Made by a program: the position numbers and the translations under genes
Assembly: GCA_965112155.1 (NCBI GenBank)
Contig: OZ218101.1
Source of the DNA: Podarcis liolepis
Lineage: Eukaryota
Length of the DNA: 64,000 nucleotides
Reading direction: 5' to 3' (one strand)
Notes under the pieces: generated by a model
Databases searched by the model: none
Told to the model about the DNA's origin: nothing
The model's input: the letters and a program-made list of their open reading frames with translations, nothing else
Shown here: piece after piece, positions 47,438-61,782 of the stretch
How the letters are laid out: each line of letters begins with the position of its first letter
How positions within the stretch are numbered: the first letter of the stretch is position 1

Positions 47438-48210
47438 GCAGCTAATACAGAATGCGGCAGCTAGACTGGTGACTGGGAGTGGCCGCCGAGACCACATAAC
47501 ACCTGTGGTGTAGAGACCTACACTGCTCCCAGTATGTTTCCGAGCACAATTCAAAGTGTTGGTGCTGACCTTTAAAGCCCTAAACGGCCTCAGTCCAGTA
47601 TACCTGAAGAAACGTCTCCATCCCCATCGTTCTACCCAGACACTGAGGTCCAGCACCGAGGGCCTTCTGGCGGTTCCCTCATTGCGAGAAATGAGGTTAC
47701 AGGGAACCAGAGGGCCTTCTCAGTAGTGGCACCTGCACTGTGGAACACCTTCCCCCAGATGTCAAAGAGAAAAACAACTACCAGACTTTTAGAAGACATC
47801 TGAAGGCAGCCCTGTTTAGGGAAGCTTTTAATGTGTGCCAGTGTGGTGTAGTGGTTAAGAGCGGTAGTCACGTAATCTGGGAAACCGGGTTCGCGTCTCC
47901 GCTCCTCCACATGCAGCTGCTGGGTGACCTTGGGCTAGTCACACTTCTGTGAAGTCTCTCAGCCCCACTCACCTCACAGAGTGTTTGTTGTGGGGGAGGA
48001 AGGGAAAGGAGAATGTTAGCCGCTTTGAGACTCCTGAAGGGGAGTGAAAGGCGGGATATCAAATCCAAACTCTTCTTCTTCTTCTTCTTCTTCTAATGTT
48101 TAACAGACTATTGTATTTTAATATTCTGTTGAAAGCTGCCCAGAGTGGCTGGGGAAACCCAGCCAGATTGGGGGGGGTATAAATAAATTATTATTATTAT
48201 TATTATTATT
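47438..48210 (+). mobile_element. L2-clade LINE 3' fragment
   Basis: 'IQNAAARLVTGSGRRDHITP..FKVLVLTFKALNGLSPVYL'; TAAATAAA(TTA)n tail; interrupted by a SINE. Confidence 0.85.
47837..48093 (+). mobile_element. tRNA-derived Squam3-like SINE with (CTT)n tail, nested in an L2 3' end
   Basis: Head GTGGTGTAGTGGTTAAGAGC; TSD TAATGT at 47829-47834 and 48094-48099. Confidence 0.85.
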
Positions 48211-48575
48211 GATGCAACATCATACAACCTCCCCACAAACAAATCAGAAAGAATACTCAATAAACAGCAGGCATCATAGAATCTCCCTGCAAACTTTGTG
48301 AAAACAAATCTGGATGAATGCTTGATGGACAGGTTAGTATGGAAGTGACCCAAGTGAATGGTCCCATGACTAACAACAAAGTCACCGCTGTCTTTGCATG
48401 CTCCGTGTCACTTGCTAAAGCCCCGGTTGTTCTCCCCAATTGCTAGTTGCAAGCAGTTATGGAAAAGACGGGGAATCAAGGGCACATGCACAAGCAGATG
48501 AATGCACAAGGTGCTGTGGTTGAATGGGAAGATAAAGTAGAAGAAGAATGGATAATGTGTTAGATGACGGAGTAC

Positions 48576-48632
48576 CTGGCATAATCTCCACAGCAAAACT
48601 GGGCAAGAGATCAGCAAGCAGCCCTGTCCTGC
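48576..48632 (-). CDS. ILDR2: ILDR2 exon 4 (57-nt symmetric exon)
   Basis: 'GRTGLLADLLPSFAVEIMP'; ttttctag| and |GTACTC; ACTAAC branch point upstream. Confidence 0.92.
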
Positions 48633-51600
48633 CTAGAAAAGACAGAGGAGGGGAAAGAAGGAGAGAGGTTAGTGCAGGAAAATCACTCCCTTGCCTCAGC
48701 ATGTAGCCTGCTCTTATGTTATGATGAGGTCTCTATGCTAGGGATGGGGGAGACATTTGATTCAGTTTCACATTTTGAAGTGAATTCACGCTTTCCAAAA
48801 CAGTACAAGAACAAACCCACAGCCATCCTGCAAAATTCGCATTATTCCAAATTTTGCAATGGACTTTGCCAGCCAAGTAACGTGTTAAAAAAAAAAGTAC
48901 CTGCTGGAGTAAAGTGTGCATAAAAATGCATATAATAGTGAAAATAACATACAAAATTTATTCTGTTAGAGAAAAGTACTACCAAAAAGGGTTTATTAGG
49001 TGAGATTACGTACAAAAATATTATTAAGATAAATTCATGCTAAAATGCTGATGAATTTTCATGAGGACTTTCTTTTTTAAAAAAGAAATGTGATATGTAA
49101 ATGTGGAGAACTGAATTTAAGATTAGAAAAATGAGGAACTAGTATGATTCATGTGTGCTTTCTCCCCTTTCTTATTCCTCAGTGAACTGTACAGGAATGG
49201 ATGCAGTTCCCGTTCTCCACATCTTTAAACTGATACTGATTTAAAATAGGTAAAGGGTAGATATAGGAAATAGCTGCAGGAAGCACTGCTTCACAGGAGA
49301 AATAGTAACTATACATATTACATTGTTTAGCTTCATGCATACATATGTTTCTTAATGAAACAAGACCAAAAAAAATCATTTTGGCCTAGACTTTCAGTAT
49401 ATATGGCCTATTCCTTTTGAGACTTTATTATAGGTAGCAGTTATAAATTCTGCATTGAGCCTGCATAGATTGCTTCCAGTTGACATGGAAACAACCTGGT
49501 TCAGCGGTGCTTTACAGAAAGGAAAGGCTTGACATTGTAAAACAGTACTGTCTGCGTACTCCACAATTGTGTTAGTAGCAACTTGGGTCATCCCAACCTT
49601 GACTGCCTCTGGTACTTTTAGAGATGTCTGGTAAAAACCCAGAGATGCAGGGAGTTGGGGATAAGGTCTCTTAAAGAAAACTGATATTCCTAAAATTAGC
49701 ATTGTAATCTGGATTTTTTGTTGCAGTTAAAGCACTGATAAGATCTCAGTTAAAATGGAAAATGCAAAGAGCTGAATGATTCCCACCATCAATCCTGGCT
49801 CTTGTGAATACCCCAGCTATACAAAACATTGGCCCAATTTCAAGGAAAATGTAATTTTATCAGCATGGTAAGTAGTAACCTGGACAGAGTTTAACATTTT
49901 CACCTTCTACATTTATGCATCTATATTTTGTTACAGCTCGTGATTAAATGGATGCAATCGAACATTTTCATATCCAATTCAAGAGCCAGCTCATTAGCAT
50001 GATTAGATATCATCCTGAGACCTGCAGGTTTCTTAATTGGTCAAAAAGTTAATCACCACAAGGAGCCACCCCAGTGTCAAAATAATCCACAAAATTACTG
50101 TGGATGACCTACAGTAGAATGTTCAGATACAAATGTGTATGAATTAAGTCTCTTGGCACTCAGAAGCTCCACAAGCGCACCATGAAATGGCAAGAAAAGG
50201 AGAGTCATCTTGAATACAGTGTTATGTTGCAACTTGCTCTTAGTAGACTTATACTGCAATCCTAATGCATCTTCATTTAGCAGTGCTATTGGATTCAATG
50301 GGACTTAATCCCACGTGACTGTCCAAATAAACTGCATGGACCATAAGATCAGTCCATTTTGCTTTACTGTATTTATTTAGAATCCATTCATGAGAAAGGG
50401 CAATATTTTATCTTCAGGAAGTTAGAGGCCACTGGCTACAGGATTCTAGATACAAACTTGTCTCCACATCAGTCAGCCAGTTCTGCATTAAGCAAAATTT
50501 AGACTAAGATCACCAACTGGAATTCAATTCTTTCCTACTTCTAGTTTTCCCCATTGAATAAAAAAGAGGGCTATACTTATTAAGACTACAGTATATGTTT
50601 CTGGCCCCCTAACCATGAGGCTATTGTCAAAGCAACAATAAAAGCACTCTAAAGTCTAGTAATGCTTTGCTACCTGTTGCATTTCATCAAAGCTGCTGTT
50701 ATATCACCACTGTAACATCATCAATCATGAGTGGCTCTTGGAGCCATAGTGGAATGCAAAACTGATTCTGCAGATAATGTGCTCACATTTCCTTATAACA
50801 ATAATTGTTTCTATCACCAATAGTTTTCTTGCAACTATCTTTGGGCTGAACTATATGTTACACACATAACAAAGGGCCAGAAACTCATTTTCCTAGGGGA
50901 AAGCAGTTTGCACTGGAGAAGCAACGGAACGGGGAAGGGATCTTTAATTCTTACTATTCAGAGTGCTTCTTCCTACCAAATCCTGCTCTCTTTTCTACTG
51001 CTATCCCTACAAGGTCCCAAATCCATGGTTTAAGACACCTGGTGAGGATACGAGCACTGTTATGCTGGAAAAGGGTGCTACTCCTTCACAGTGTAGCATT
51101 TTCTTGATCTAACTGTGCCCCTCCAAAGTTCCTATTTTCCTTGCTGTGGGTAAACATATGAAAGGTACCGATCAGGAAAATGGCATGGGCGAAAGGCTTC
51201 GAAACAACATGGCAGTCCTGATTCAATTCTCCCCTTCCCTTTAAAGAGAAACTAAACATTGGGAGATCTCATCACAAATCTCCCACATTTCATCTAGCTT
51301 GACCCTGAATGTAACACTGTACCTATTCCTTCATACACATTTAAAACAGCAAGTGAACTGGTGCCCTCCAAATATTATTATTTTTTTTTACTGCTAACCC
51401 CATTGTCCCTGACCATTGACCATTTTGGCTGGGGCTGATAGTTGTGGGCCAAAACTATCAGAGGCTAAAAGGTAGGAGAAGCCTGCAGATACCTGGAGCG
51501 TGGGGTCATGTTTTCTAGTTAGGGAATTGCTTGAGGCCAAGTGTGAATGCCTAAAGATCTGGAGAACTGAACATCCCAAGCACTCTCAAACTGTGATCTG

Positions 51601-54600
51601 GCCTCCAAAACAAAACAGATGTGGTAGCCAACCTACCAACCCCTGTATTCCAGCACATCCTGTCAAAACAGTCAGATCGGTCTCGATTGCCAGGGACCAT
51701 GCTGCACCCTCCACACTCCCTCACAGAACGGTTTACAGCCAGATTCCAGAATATAGCATACACTTCAGACAAAGCACACACACCCGCCCAAAGACTGTGT
51801 GTGTTTTGTTCTCGTCTCACAGATTTCTTCTCGCCCTTCCCTCCTGCCCACCACCCTGTCTAGTGTGAAGAATTCAATCTCTAAAGGAATTCACTAAGCT
51901 CTCTCCTTGGGGGCTAGTTCAAAGCACGGGGGTGAGGTGGAGGCGGGGCAGAGGCCATGCCTAGATCTGAACCTGATGACTTGAATATTCCAACAGAAAT
52001 TAAACAGCACTAAATAACTGTGCCATCGCCCACCTTTCAGCATTTTGATTCCCCCCTCCTTTTACACAAGCTGCATTAATTCAAAGATAACCGCTCTTCC
52101 CAATGCTGCGTAATTCCACCCCCCTTCACAGAACCTCCCCCTGATCCTAGTTTTTAATACCGGCTGTTAAGTAGGCTGCTGAAAAGCACTACAGCTGACC
52201 CAGCCGCTCTTGTTCATACCAGTGGTAACCACAGCAACGGTAGGGGGGAGGTAACACATGGGCCTGTCATGAATGCGCGCTAATTGAAGGCCAACTTTCC
52301 TCCCACAGGGATGAGCAACAAGTGAACCAAAAATATATAACGAACGAGGACAAAAGAACACACTGGGTGAGGAAGGAAGAGGTCTGAATACCTCTTGGAA
52401 ATTTTCAGGCAGAAAATTGAGACATTTTGTACATTTAGAAATTTGATAATCCAGGTGCAGGGCAGATGTGACACAAAAGGTTATTTTTATGGGACTATAT
52501 TTGGGGGGGGGATAGAAATTTGAAGGGTACAGTCAACAAATACACAAGGGCTGCCAGGATGCAGCTCTAATATTCTTAAAGGTTTTGGTTTCAGCAATCT
52601 GCTTGAGGAAACACACAAGTCTATTCCACTGCCAACATTCAGTTGCTATTTGCTTCCCAACCACAGTGATGCAGAATGAGAGCATGAGCATTCAGGCTTC
52701 CAGCCAAGGGGCCAACATTTTTGGGTACGTCCAGGGGTACATTTGCAAAATGGGGAGTCTGCCATAGGTATCACACGCGCATTGCAACCAAGCACACACT
52801 GCAACCTAATCTATTGGCTGCAACAGAATGTCTCTTTACAATTTAATTTCAACAGGCAAAGGAGACTCTACAGGCACCAGAAAAGGCCTCTGCAGGTACA
52901 GGTGTAGCCACAGGTGCCACAGTGGCAACCACTGCTCCAGCCACCAAAGTTGCTTCTGACCCTTTCCTCTGAAATTGCCATCCTTTGAACACTCACTTTT
53001 TCATGGGACACCTGCGTTGCATCATTACTTGCCCACTGCATTCCAGAAAAAAATGAGATGAAATTAGTAATTAAGATCTCTGTCTCTTTCTTTTCTTCCC
53101 CTGCCCCCAAACTGTGTGAGAGCAGAAACTGACATTGGTGCAATTAAAAGAAGCTTGGGGTGGTTGTACCTTACTCCAATAGAGGCAGTCATACCCTCCC
53201 CTCATGACCATCTTCTTTAAGAGATAACTTCCTCAGGTTAAACAGTGACCTGAGCAAATCTTCATTCCTGTACAAAGGTAAGCAAGGACATTTATTCACC
53301 TATTCTCGTAATTGTACACTGGGCATAGATCTGAGTCTGGCACTTAGTGGAGGTGCCAAACTCAGTTCAAAATCAAAAGCAGGAGAGTACAGAGAAGGAA
53401 CAAGCTGGCAGGGGAAAATAGCATATTAAGCGATCCAGATAACAGATCATCCATCTTGGCTTCCTGTTTATTATTGCTATTTCTTGCTGGAAAGGGAACT
53501 GCAGACATTTGATAAACCAATTGCAACAGTAGCATAGATTTCAGTGTATTTCACCTCCCCATAAACATATTTTTATCTGTGCGGGCTCCAAGCCCTCCTG
53601 TTTTCATGTGTCAGTAACTCATAGCAACTATCCTCCTGCTAGGCTGACTAGATGGCCCAGTTTATTAGGATTGTCCCAGATGGTTATTTCCAAATGGCAA
53701 ATTTGTCCTTGTTTCAATAATAAAAAGAAAATCTAGGACATACTGTCATTGTCTCTATTCCCGCTGCACTGCTGATTATACCTTTTGTATAAGTACATCC
53801 AGCAGCTGCCTCTCTGCCGTTTCCCTAAATGCACCTGCTGCCTCTTAAACCATCAACGGAAGTTTGAGCCAGACACATAATCAAGTTGCAAGGAGTGGGC
53901 AGCAAAGTCTGCAGAGAAGGAGCAGGCACTGATTTGGCATAGCATGTACAAAGCAGAGAAAAGAGCAGATACGGGAAAGTGTTAAAGCAAAGGAAAGATA
54001 TACTGATCCAAATGGCAGGAGACTAAATCAGAAGGGCAAACTCAAATATGGGGAAGGATGAAGAGAAGTTGTAAAATTTTGACAAAGGAAAAATAAATAA
54101 ATGAGACAAGAGGTAAGTAGGTTATGGAAAAAGGGAAACATCCTATGAGACAAGGCACACACAAAAGATTGAAAAAACACCATGGATGGTCATTGTGAGG
54201 GGGTGAAAACATGCAAAAATAAACACAGTAAAATAGCAAGTGCAGCTAAGCACAGAATAGGAATTTATGATAACATTGTTTTTGGACATATTGGATTACA
54301 GCAGTCTGGTTCTGCAGCTCTCTAATGGGAAAAAGGAACTATTGTTCTTCTAGCGGTGGCAACGTGTGGCTATTTGGCAAAACCGTAGCACTCATTGGGC
54401 CTCGACATTTAGACATGATCCCAAAACAGCATAAAAAAAGTTGTAGAGAGGAAACGCGTCTCTTGTAAATCAGAGGGGCATCCAGGAAGCCACTGAGAGA
54501 TTTATTGGGAGAGTGTGACCATGCAATGAATTCCTCTTTCCTCCCTCTGCTAGAAATAAACTTCTTCTTTTCTGCCCATCCCTCTCTTTCTTGTTTTGTC

Positions 54601-57271
54601 AATCAAGGGAAGAACAGCAGCAGCTATTTGCAGAGATCAAAGTTTTAACAAGCAACAGAGACCGCCAAGCAGGCTGTTACCATAGAACCCTTAGTAACGG
54701 AGGCCTTTGAATTGTGCCGGTATCCTTTGTTAGCAGCATGTGGCCGAGGCTGGCGAGTGAGAAGGAATGATGGGGAAATCTTTGGACAACAAGCACCACT
54801 TCTAAATAGCATTAAAGGAGGGGAGTAGGACTAGGCAGAGGAGACTCAAAGGCTGCTAACAGTGTCATGTGGGCTTGAGGCAGAAAGTGTGGAGGGGGGG
54901 AGTTACAGCACACTGAAGATGCAGACGGGAACTACCACTCCATCAGAAACAGGCATTCACAGATCATGACAAAAAATAAATAAGGAGTTACTTTGTTCTA
55001 CCCCTTTCATATTACTACTATGTGTGCTATTCTGTTAATTTTTACTCAGAGTAGGTCCATTGATATTAATCAACATGGCAAAGTTAGGTCCATTAATTTT
55101 AATACCACCCACTGTTTGCTTACTGATTTGTTTATAGGTGTCAGGAGTCAAGCCTGCAGCAGGATGGTGGGACCTTAGCCCCTCATATAAAGCAGAGATT
55201 TAGGCCGTGTGTCACACTATGCTCTTGCCAAAGAGCCAGAGTCCTTTGTTCTGAATTGGCCAAACTAATGAAACTCTAAGAAACACATGACCAGTCTCCC
55301 AATGGCTTTTTATTGTTACTGAAAGGCAATAAGGGTCAGGGATTAGGTATCTGACTGGAGAAGAAGCAGAGGAAGGAGTGCCTAACCCTTTCACCTCAGG
55401 CCATTTTTCTCTATATACTACATTTGCACTTTCCGTCATCATGCTGCTGAACAAATAAACAACGAAGAAGAGAGCAGGCAGACAGGTGGCCCAGGCAGGC
55501 CTTTCCATGCACTTCCTGCCAGACTGGGGCAGGAAGAAGAGGGTGGGCAGACAGACACCACAGGGAGGCAGGGTGAGCAAACAGACCAGTGGAACAGGCA
55601 GGCAGGTGGCCCAGGAAGTCCTTCCCAGATTCCTCCTGTTGTTGCTGCCATCACCACTGGTGTGGGGAGGGGAGAGGAATGAAGGGAAGAAAGTTGCTCT
55701 CCACTTTGTCCTGCTGCCATCACCACCTTGTCAACTTTCTCTCCTTCATTCCCCTCCCCGCCCCACAGTGGCAACAGCGACAGAAGCAAAAAGGGATGGG
55801 GTTAGGGAGCTGAGAGGGGTTGAGAGGGTTTTTGGTGGCAAGCTGTGTGGGAGGGGGTTTGGGGCCAACTGCGAGGCAGGTGTTGGCAGTAGGTATGTTT
55901 GTGAGCAACACAAGCAGCGCCAGAAGTCCCTAGTGCAAGTGAAAGAAGGGGCAGGGAGAAGCCATGCCATGAGGAGAAACCCTCTTTGCATACATACATC
56001 CTTCCTGCTTGGACAGCTCCTTTATCAGGGAGTGTGTGGTGACACCACTTTTGAATGGTAGACGAACTCAGCTCCCATCCACAGTGGCTGCCCGCCATCT
56101 TAACTTCCCCCGAGTGCAATGACTGTCCCTGCCCCTTGGACAGCCAAGTTCAGCTTCCATTCAAGAGTAGTGCTGCTACCTGCTCTTTGGCCACCAAAGG
56201 ACCCAGCAGCAGGCAGCTGGGTTAGGCCAATGAAGGACCCTACTGAGCCCCTGGGGCACTCAGCCAATGTCCGACCTGGCTGGCTGTTGGTGCTACGCCT
56301 GCTATTCATCACTAATCTCCCAGTCAGGATCAACATGAAGCAATAATATGGGCAGGACCTGCAAACAAGGCACTTTTAATTATAGGCATGGGAGCCCCCC
56401 AAAAGCTTCAATAGCACTTTGCCTGTTCACGCTAGAACAGCTGGTGCTGCAATTACATGTTGTTGCAAAAAGGGAAAGAAGCCCACCGCCACAAATCAAG
56501 TCTGAAAGAAATACGGGAGGGTAGACAACAAAGAAAATATTTGACTGCATTTATTTAGCAACATCATCTGGAATTCTCTATAAAAAGTACATGGGTAGAG
56601 GATGGCAGTTCCACAGAAAAGAGTCTGTGTAGAAGCGACCTCAGACGCTATTCACTGCAGCTGCTTGAAACGCAATTTCTTCACCCAATCTTACTTCCGC
56701 TGTCTGATCATACTCAGACCACCACTATTGATTTGGCAACCACAGGATCATATAATAGCCTATAACTCTGAGGGAGCAGGCAACAAGAGTGTCTGCTGTG
56801 AAGCCTTCTTCCCCAAACTACCACTTCCTCCACACAAGTCTTCACTTCTGCTTTGGTGACAGGGGATGTGATAAGACATCTACTCTCCAGAGAGTGCCAG
56901 TTGCTAATCTGCAGTTTAGCATTTCAGTGGACTATGTTGTGGGATAACAGCATCCCACAACACATCAAAGATACCAACACCTGTTTTAATCACAAGTAGT
57001 TGCTGATATATGATTGGCAGCTTTTCAGCAAAACAATATAAAATCAGTGGTTCTTTTTATCATATCTTTATCATATTTTAAGTAAAAATTCTCTTGAAGG
57101 ATTCCTCTAACTTTCGCATCCGTATCACCTTGTCTAATGCATTTTTGCTGAAGCAGAAGAGATCACTAAAACTGACATAAAGTAGCATGGGCCCTCACCT
57201 CGCGTGGAGTCAGACTTTCCTCTCCACAGAGGCTTTTCACCCACCCTGCTTGCAGCTATTTTATTCTCTGT

Positions 57272-57402
57272 TGGACAGTGTTCTCGAAGCTACCAGCAAG
57301 AGTTTGACCAAACTGCGGGAGGCAGTGGAAGACAGGAGTGCCTGGCGTGCTCTAGTCCATGGGGTCACAAAGAGTCGGACACGACTAAATGACTAAACAA
57401 CA
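57272..57402 (+). mobile_element. BovB (RTE) LINE 3' end
   Basis: GTCCATGGGGTCACAAAGAGTCGGACACGACTAAATGACTAAACAACAA. Confidence 0.85.
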
Positions 57403-57420
57403 ATTCCGTCAAATATCCAT

Positions 57421-57722
57421 AGGGTTGTCATGGAAGATGGAGCAAGTTTGTTTTCTCCTGCTCTGGAGGCTAGGACCCAAAACAATGGATTCAAAGTTAC
57501 AAGAAAGGAGATTCTGGATAAATATCAGGAAGAACTTTCTGACAGTACGAGCTCTTCAACAGTGGAGCAGGCTTCCCTGAGAGGCAGTGGGCTCTCTTTC
57601 CTTGGAGGTTTCTAAGCAGAGGTTGGATGGCCACCTGTCATGTATGATTTAGTTGAAATTACTGCATTGCAGGGGGTTGGACAAGATGAACCCTCAGTGT
57701 CCTTTCCAACTATGTGATTGTA
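57421..57722 (+). mobile_element. CR1 LINE 3' end
   Basis: 'KLQERRF..NIRKNFLTVRA..QW..LP' plus a CR1-type 3' UTR; short CR1 tail also at 8647-8709 (ATTCTATGA). Confidence 0.85.
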
Positions 57723-58890
57723 AGCATATCCCATCAACACATACATAGACAGGAGGCATGAACTGATAAACTAAGAAGGTGTATTTTCATAGCTGGTGAT
57801 GACAAAACGATCCTTTCTGAAATCTGATGGTAGGGAATCTTCCCATTTCTTGTCCGGGGGGGGGGGGAGATATTTTGACCACCTCCAAACTGTCAGTATT
57901 TTGCAGGAGGGATTTAAATAACATACCAGAAATTTAGGTTTCTGCAATTAAAATGGATTAAAGCATCCTGTCACAACATATCTACTTTATAAAACAAAAA
58001 ACAAGACTTCTGGGATAGGAAAGTGACAGGGAAATGTACTTAATTGTGTCAGATATTTGGTTAATTAACAAGAAGACGTACAGTATAACCACCACACGCA
58101 AGCAGTGTGATGCCAGTGAGCAACCTTTTGATAAAGTCTTGGTTTTCTACAAATGCACTTATGAAAAATCTTGTGAAACTGCATGCTCACTTTTATATAT
58201 CTAAATCAGAATATATGTGTTTCCTGCCTCAATCGGAAAGATTCAGATGTTGCTCTGTCTGTATGATTAGTTATTTTCTACTTCTACAGTTTTAAGAAAT
58301 ATTGCACAGAATGAGCAAATAAAACTTTTGAAATAAATTTGTCAAGAGGCTAGTGAAGTAGGAATGTTTTAAGTTATCTCAGTTATGTAGGATGACCCAT
58401 AAACATCTATTTGCTCCTAAATAACCCATATTTCATGATTTTCAAGTGCTTTACTCTTGCCGCATAAAAAGCTACCCTTCTCACATAAGTCCAGGGGATA
58501 AGGCAGCCCCCAAGGTGTTGCATAATTTATAGGCAGCCCCTAATCCCTTTCCTGTTCTAGTTTTGCATCCCCCTCTGAGGGAATAAGCCTCCCATCTGAA
58601 TATCAGCAAACAGAAAAACAAAAGCCTCTCACTCTGACTCTCCAAGAACTAAGATATTTTATCTAAGCCTTTTCTACAGTTCATTAATAGTGGGATGGGG
58701 TTTAAATGTCCCAAGAAGCTACAGAACCGCAAACAAATGGTCGTTTCTAAGTGTTTGTTTTCTCCTTTGAATGATGAGAAGAATGCTAACCACTGGCAAT
58801 GAAATACTACTGGGTGTGCAAAAACAAAAAACAAAAAAAATAGGCATTTTTATAATGTATTATGCACACATACAAGAATATATATATATA

Positions 58891-59248
58891 GGGGATGCGG
58901 GTGGCGCTGTGGGTAAAACCTCAGCGCCTAGGACTTGCTGATCGCATGGTCGGCGGTTCGAATCCCTGCGGCGGGGTGTGCTCCCGTTGCTCGGTCCTAG
59001 CACCTGCCAACCTAGCAGTTCGAAAGCACCCCCGGGTGCAAGTAGATAAATAGGGACCGCTTACCAGCGGGAAGGTAAACGGCGTTCCATGTGCTGCGCT
59101 GGCTCGCCAGATGCAGCTTGTCACGCTGGCCACGTGACCCGGAAGTGTCTGCGGACAGCGCTGGCTCCCGGCCTATAGAGTGAGATGAGCGCACAACCCT
59201 AGAGTCTGTCAAGACTGGCCCGTACGGGCAGGGGTACCTTTACCTTTT
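58891..59248 (+). mobile_element. Sauria SINE, full length
   Basis: tRNA-like head with B box GGTTCGAATCC; ACCTTT tail; TSD TACAAGAATATA. Confidence 0.9.
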
Positions 59249-61635
59249 TACAAGAATATAAGTAGTATATGTTTCTGGTCTTGGCTCAGACCAAGTTGGA
59301 GCCAATCATTTGCTTCTGAGAAGCCCAAAGCAGGGCATAGAGACCCCTGATGCTGCCCTCCCCTATAACAACTGGTGTTAAAAATATTGGAATTTCAGCT
59401 CCGGTAATCCGAGCTGATATGGCCCATCTTATTTGAGCCCACCCAGCAGAGCATTAAAACAACAAAGTCCACAACGGAAGGATGGGATAGTATGGGCTAC
59501 TCGCGATGCTTTATTACTAAGCTGTGCAGAGAGCAAAGAAATATACATGTTCTCTCTATGAGAAGCAGAGAGCAACTGAACAAAAGAAATGAAAGAAACA
59601 AAGGAAACAAGAAACCAGTAACGTCACATCCCGTCTCCCTTTCCTGTGAGTATCCAACAGTATCTGGACTCTGGAATGTAAACAGTCCTGTGACTGCAAG
59701 CAGCTGCTCAGTGAGGAAACAGAAACTAACATAGGCTGCTTCTGAAGTGGAAGTTCCAATTATATGCAATCCTATGCATGTTTACGTAGAAATAAGCCAA
59801 ACTGAATTTAGTTGTACTTGGCCCCGGGACTGCAGTCTTAGCCATTATGACTAACATCCTTTGATAGCCCTACTCACTCCTACTACACTGCTATTTATGT
59901 AATCCCATCTAAACCCAAGGCCATTACCACACTTTATATACATTGTGTGTGACATGCACTACATCTTCTGCGAACTGATTTCATTGAGCAACCTCAGGTT
60001 TTAGGATTGTGAGAGCAGAAGCAGAGGGGAACCTCCTACCAACTAACATGGCCAATTTGGGATTTCTGGAGGGCACCTATGCAAATGGGTACAAAGAGCA
60101 TACATGCTAAATGAACATGCTTGAGGAGGGAGTCGGTATTGGCGCAGCAGGTTTTATCTCATCAGGGGTGCCAGAAACAGGAAACTTTCAATAAATAGGA
60201 AAGCCCTCAGAGGCATAGCCAGCTTCTTATTTTGGAGTATGGGATCCTTCTCTCTCTCTATCTATCTCTCTCTCTCAATAGAGTCCAAGACTTTGTTCAT
60301 CACAGGGTATCGCTAAGTGACACAAACATAATCTCTCTTCATCATCATAATCTCCCAGATAACCCCTCAAGTCCCTTAACTAGTTTCCCCTCTTTCCTGC
60401 CTGAACTCCAGTGTGGCTCAGCACTGGGCTGAACCTGACCTTTCTTCCTTCTTTCTGAATATAGCAGGGCCTCTTTGAACCTTGCCTTTGCCTTCTCTGA
60501 GACATGCTCCTACTCTTCCTCCTTTGCTGCTCTCCTTTTCCCCTGTTGGCCTCCCAGTGGGACAAACGGAAGCGCATCAGATGTCCAAACACCACAGCAC
60601 TTCAGGTCCACCCATGTTTACATCTGGTTATTTCTGACCTCCCACATGATGGTTTAAAATAGAGTTGAGCCAAAATTATCTGCAGACGTATTAGCAGTAG
60701 TCTGTGAAGTGGATCTAATGGAGACTGTGGAATCCAAAAGTTACCCTTCCGCTCATGAAACAGAAAGACTCCTTGCAGCAGAAGGTGACCTTTGGGTCCT
60801 ACAAGTGACTTGTGGCTGATAGAACCAACATATGACATCCACAGTGAATCTGCTGAAAACATCTGGGAACTGATCAGCCACCACTGAAGTTGGATTTGCA
60901 CAGTTCATGCTGTAGAAATTTGCCCCCAAGTTCCCTTCTGCTGCTTCCAGGGCTGCCATTTTGCATTGTAGTTTGAAGAAAAGGGCAATAGGATACCTGG
61001 CAAACCATTTACACCAATGCCACCATTTCAGGGGGGTGTTATTGTTTTTTAATATTTTTTTTTGAACAATTGTTATTTCTCTGCCCAATTTTTCTAAGAA
61101 TTTTAGACAGCTGTTTAAATTTTGAAAACAATGCAAAAGCTGTGTTTTTAACTTGTAGGCTATATGAATGAAATTCATTGTGCATGTTGGCACTGCAACG
61201 TTTAGTGTAAAAGTATTTTAAATTATGCACTTATTATTTTTGTTTTAATGTGAGCCATCTGGAGTTTCAAAGAAAACAGGATACAATCATTTAAGTTAAC
61301 ACTGATCTTGGAATACTGCTTCAGTGGAACTTTATCATTTAAATTTAGGAGGAAAGAATCTGGCACTCTCCATCCTTTGTTACATGTTGCCTTACAACAG
61401 TGCGTAGTGATTGCAAAACAATACTGGCTTGTATCTCTTTAGATCAGCTTCACTCTGACACAAAGCAACAATGCAAGGAACAGAAAGAACAGAGAAGGAC
61501 ACCCAGGAAATGTTGCAAATCTTTTCACGTATAGACTAATGTCATGCATTTAAAAACAATTCCCAGAGTGGTTTACCAATAACTCCCTCTTCCCAGAGAA
61601 CTCTGGCAATTGTAGCTCTACAAGGGCCATAGGGG

Positions 61636-61782
61636 CAGTGGCGTAGCGTGGGTTGTCAGCACCCGGGGCAAGGCAAGTAATTTGCGCCCCCTAACCCGTG
61701 GATTTGCACCCCCTAACCCTAACCCCCAGATGTTGCGCCCGGGGCGGCCGGGCCCCCCTGCACCCCCCATGCTACGCCACTG
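61636..61782. mobile_element. non-autonomous hAT-type element
   Basis: TIR CAGTGGCGTAGC; perfect 8-bp TSD CATAGGGG at 61628-61635 and 61783-61790. Confidence 0.9.

Noticed and set aside
58891-58970. tRNA-like A/B boxes (also at 47837 and 9008)
   Set aside because: SINE heads, not tRNA genes.
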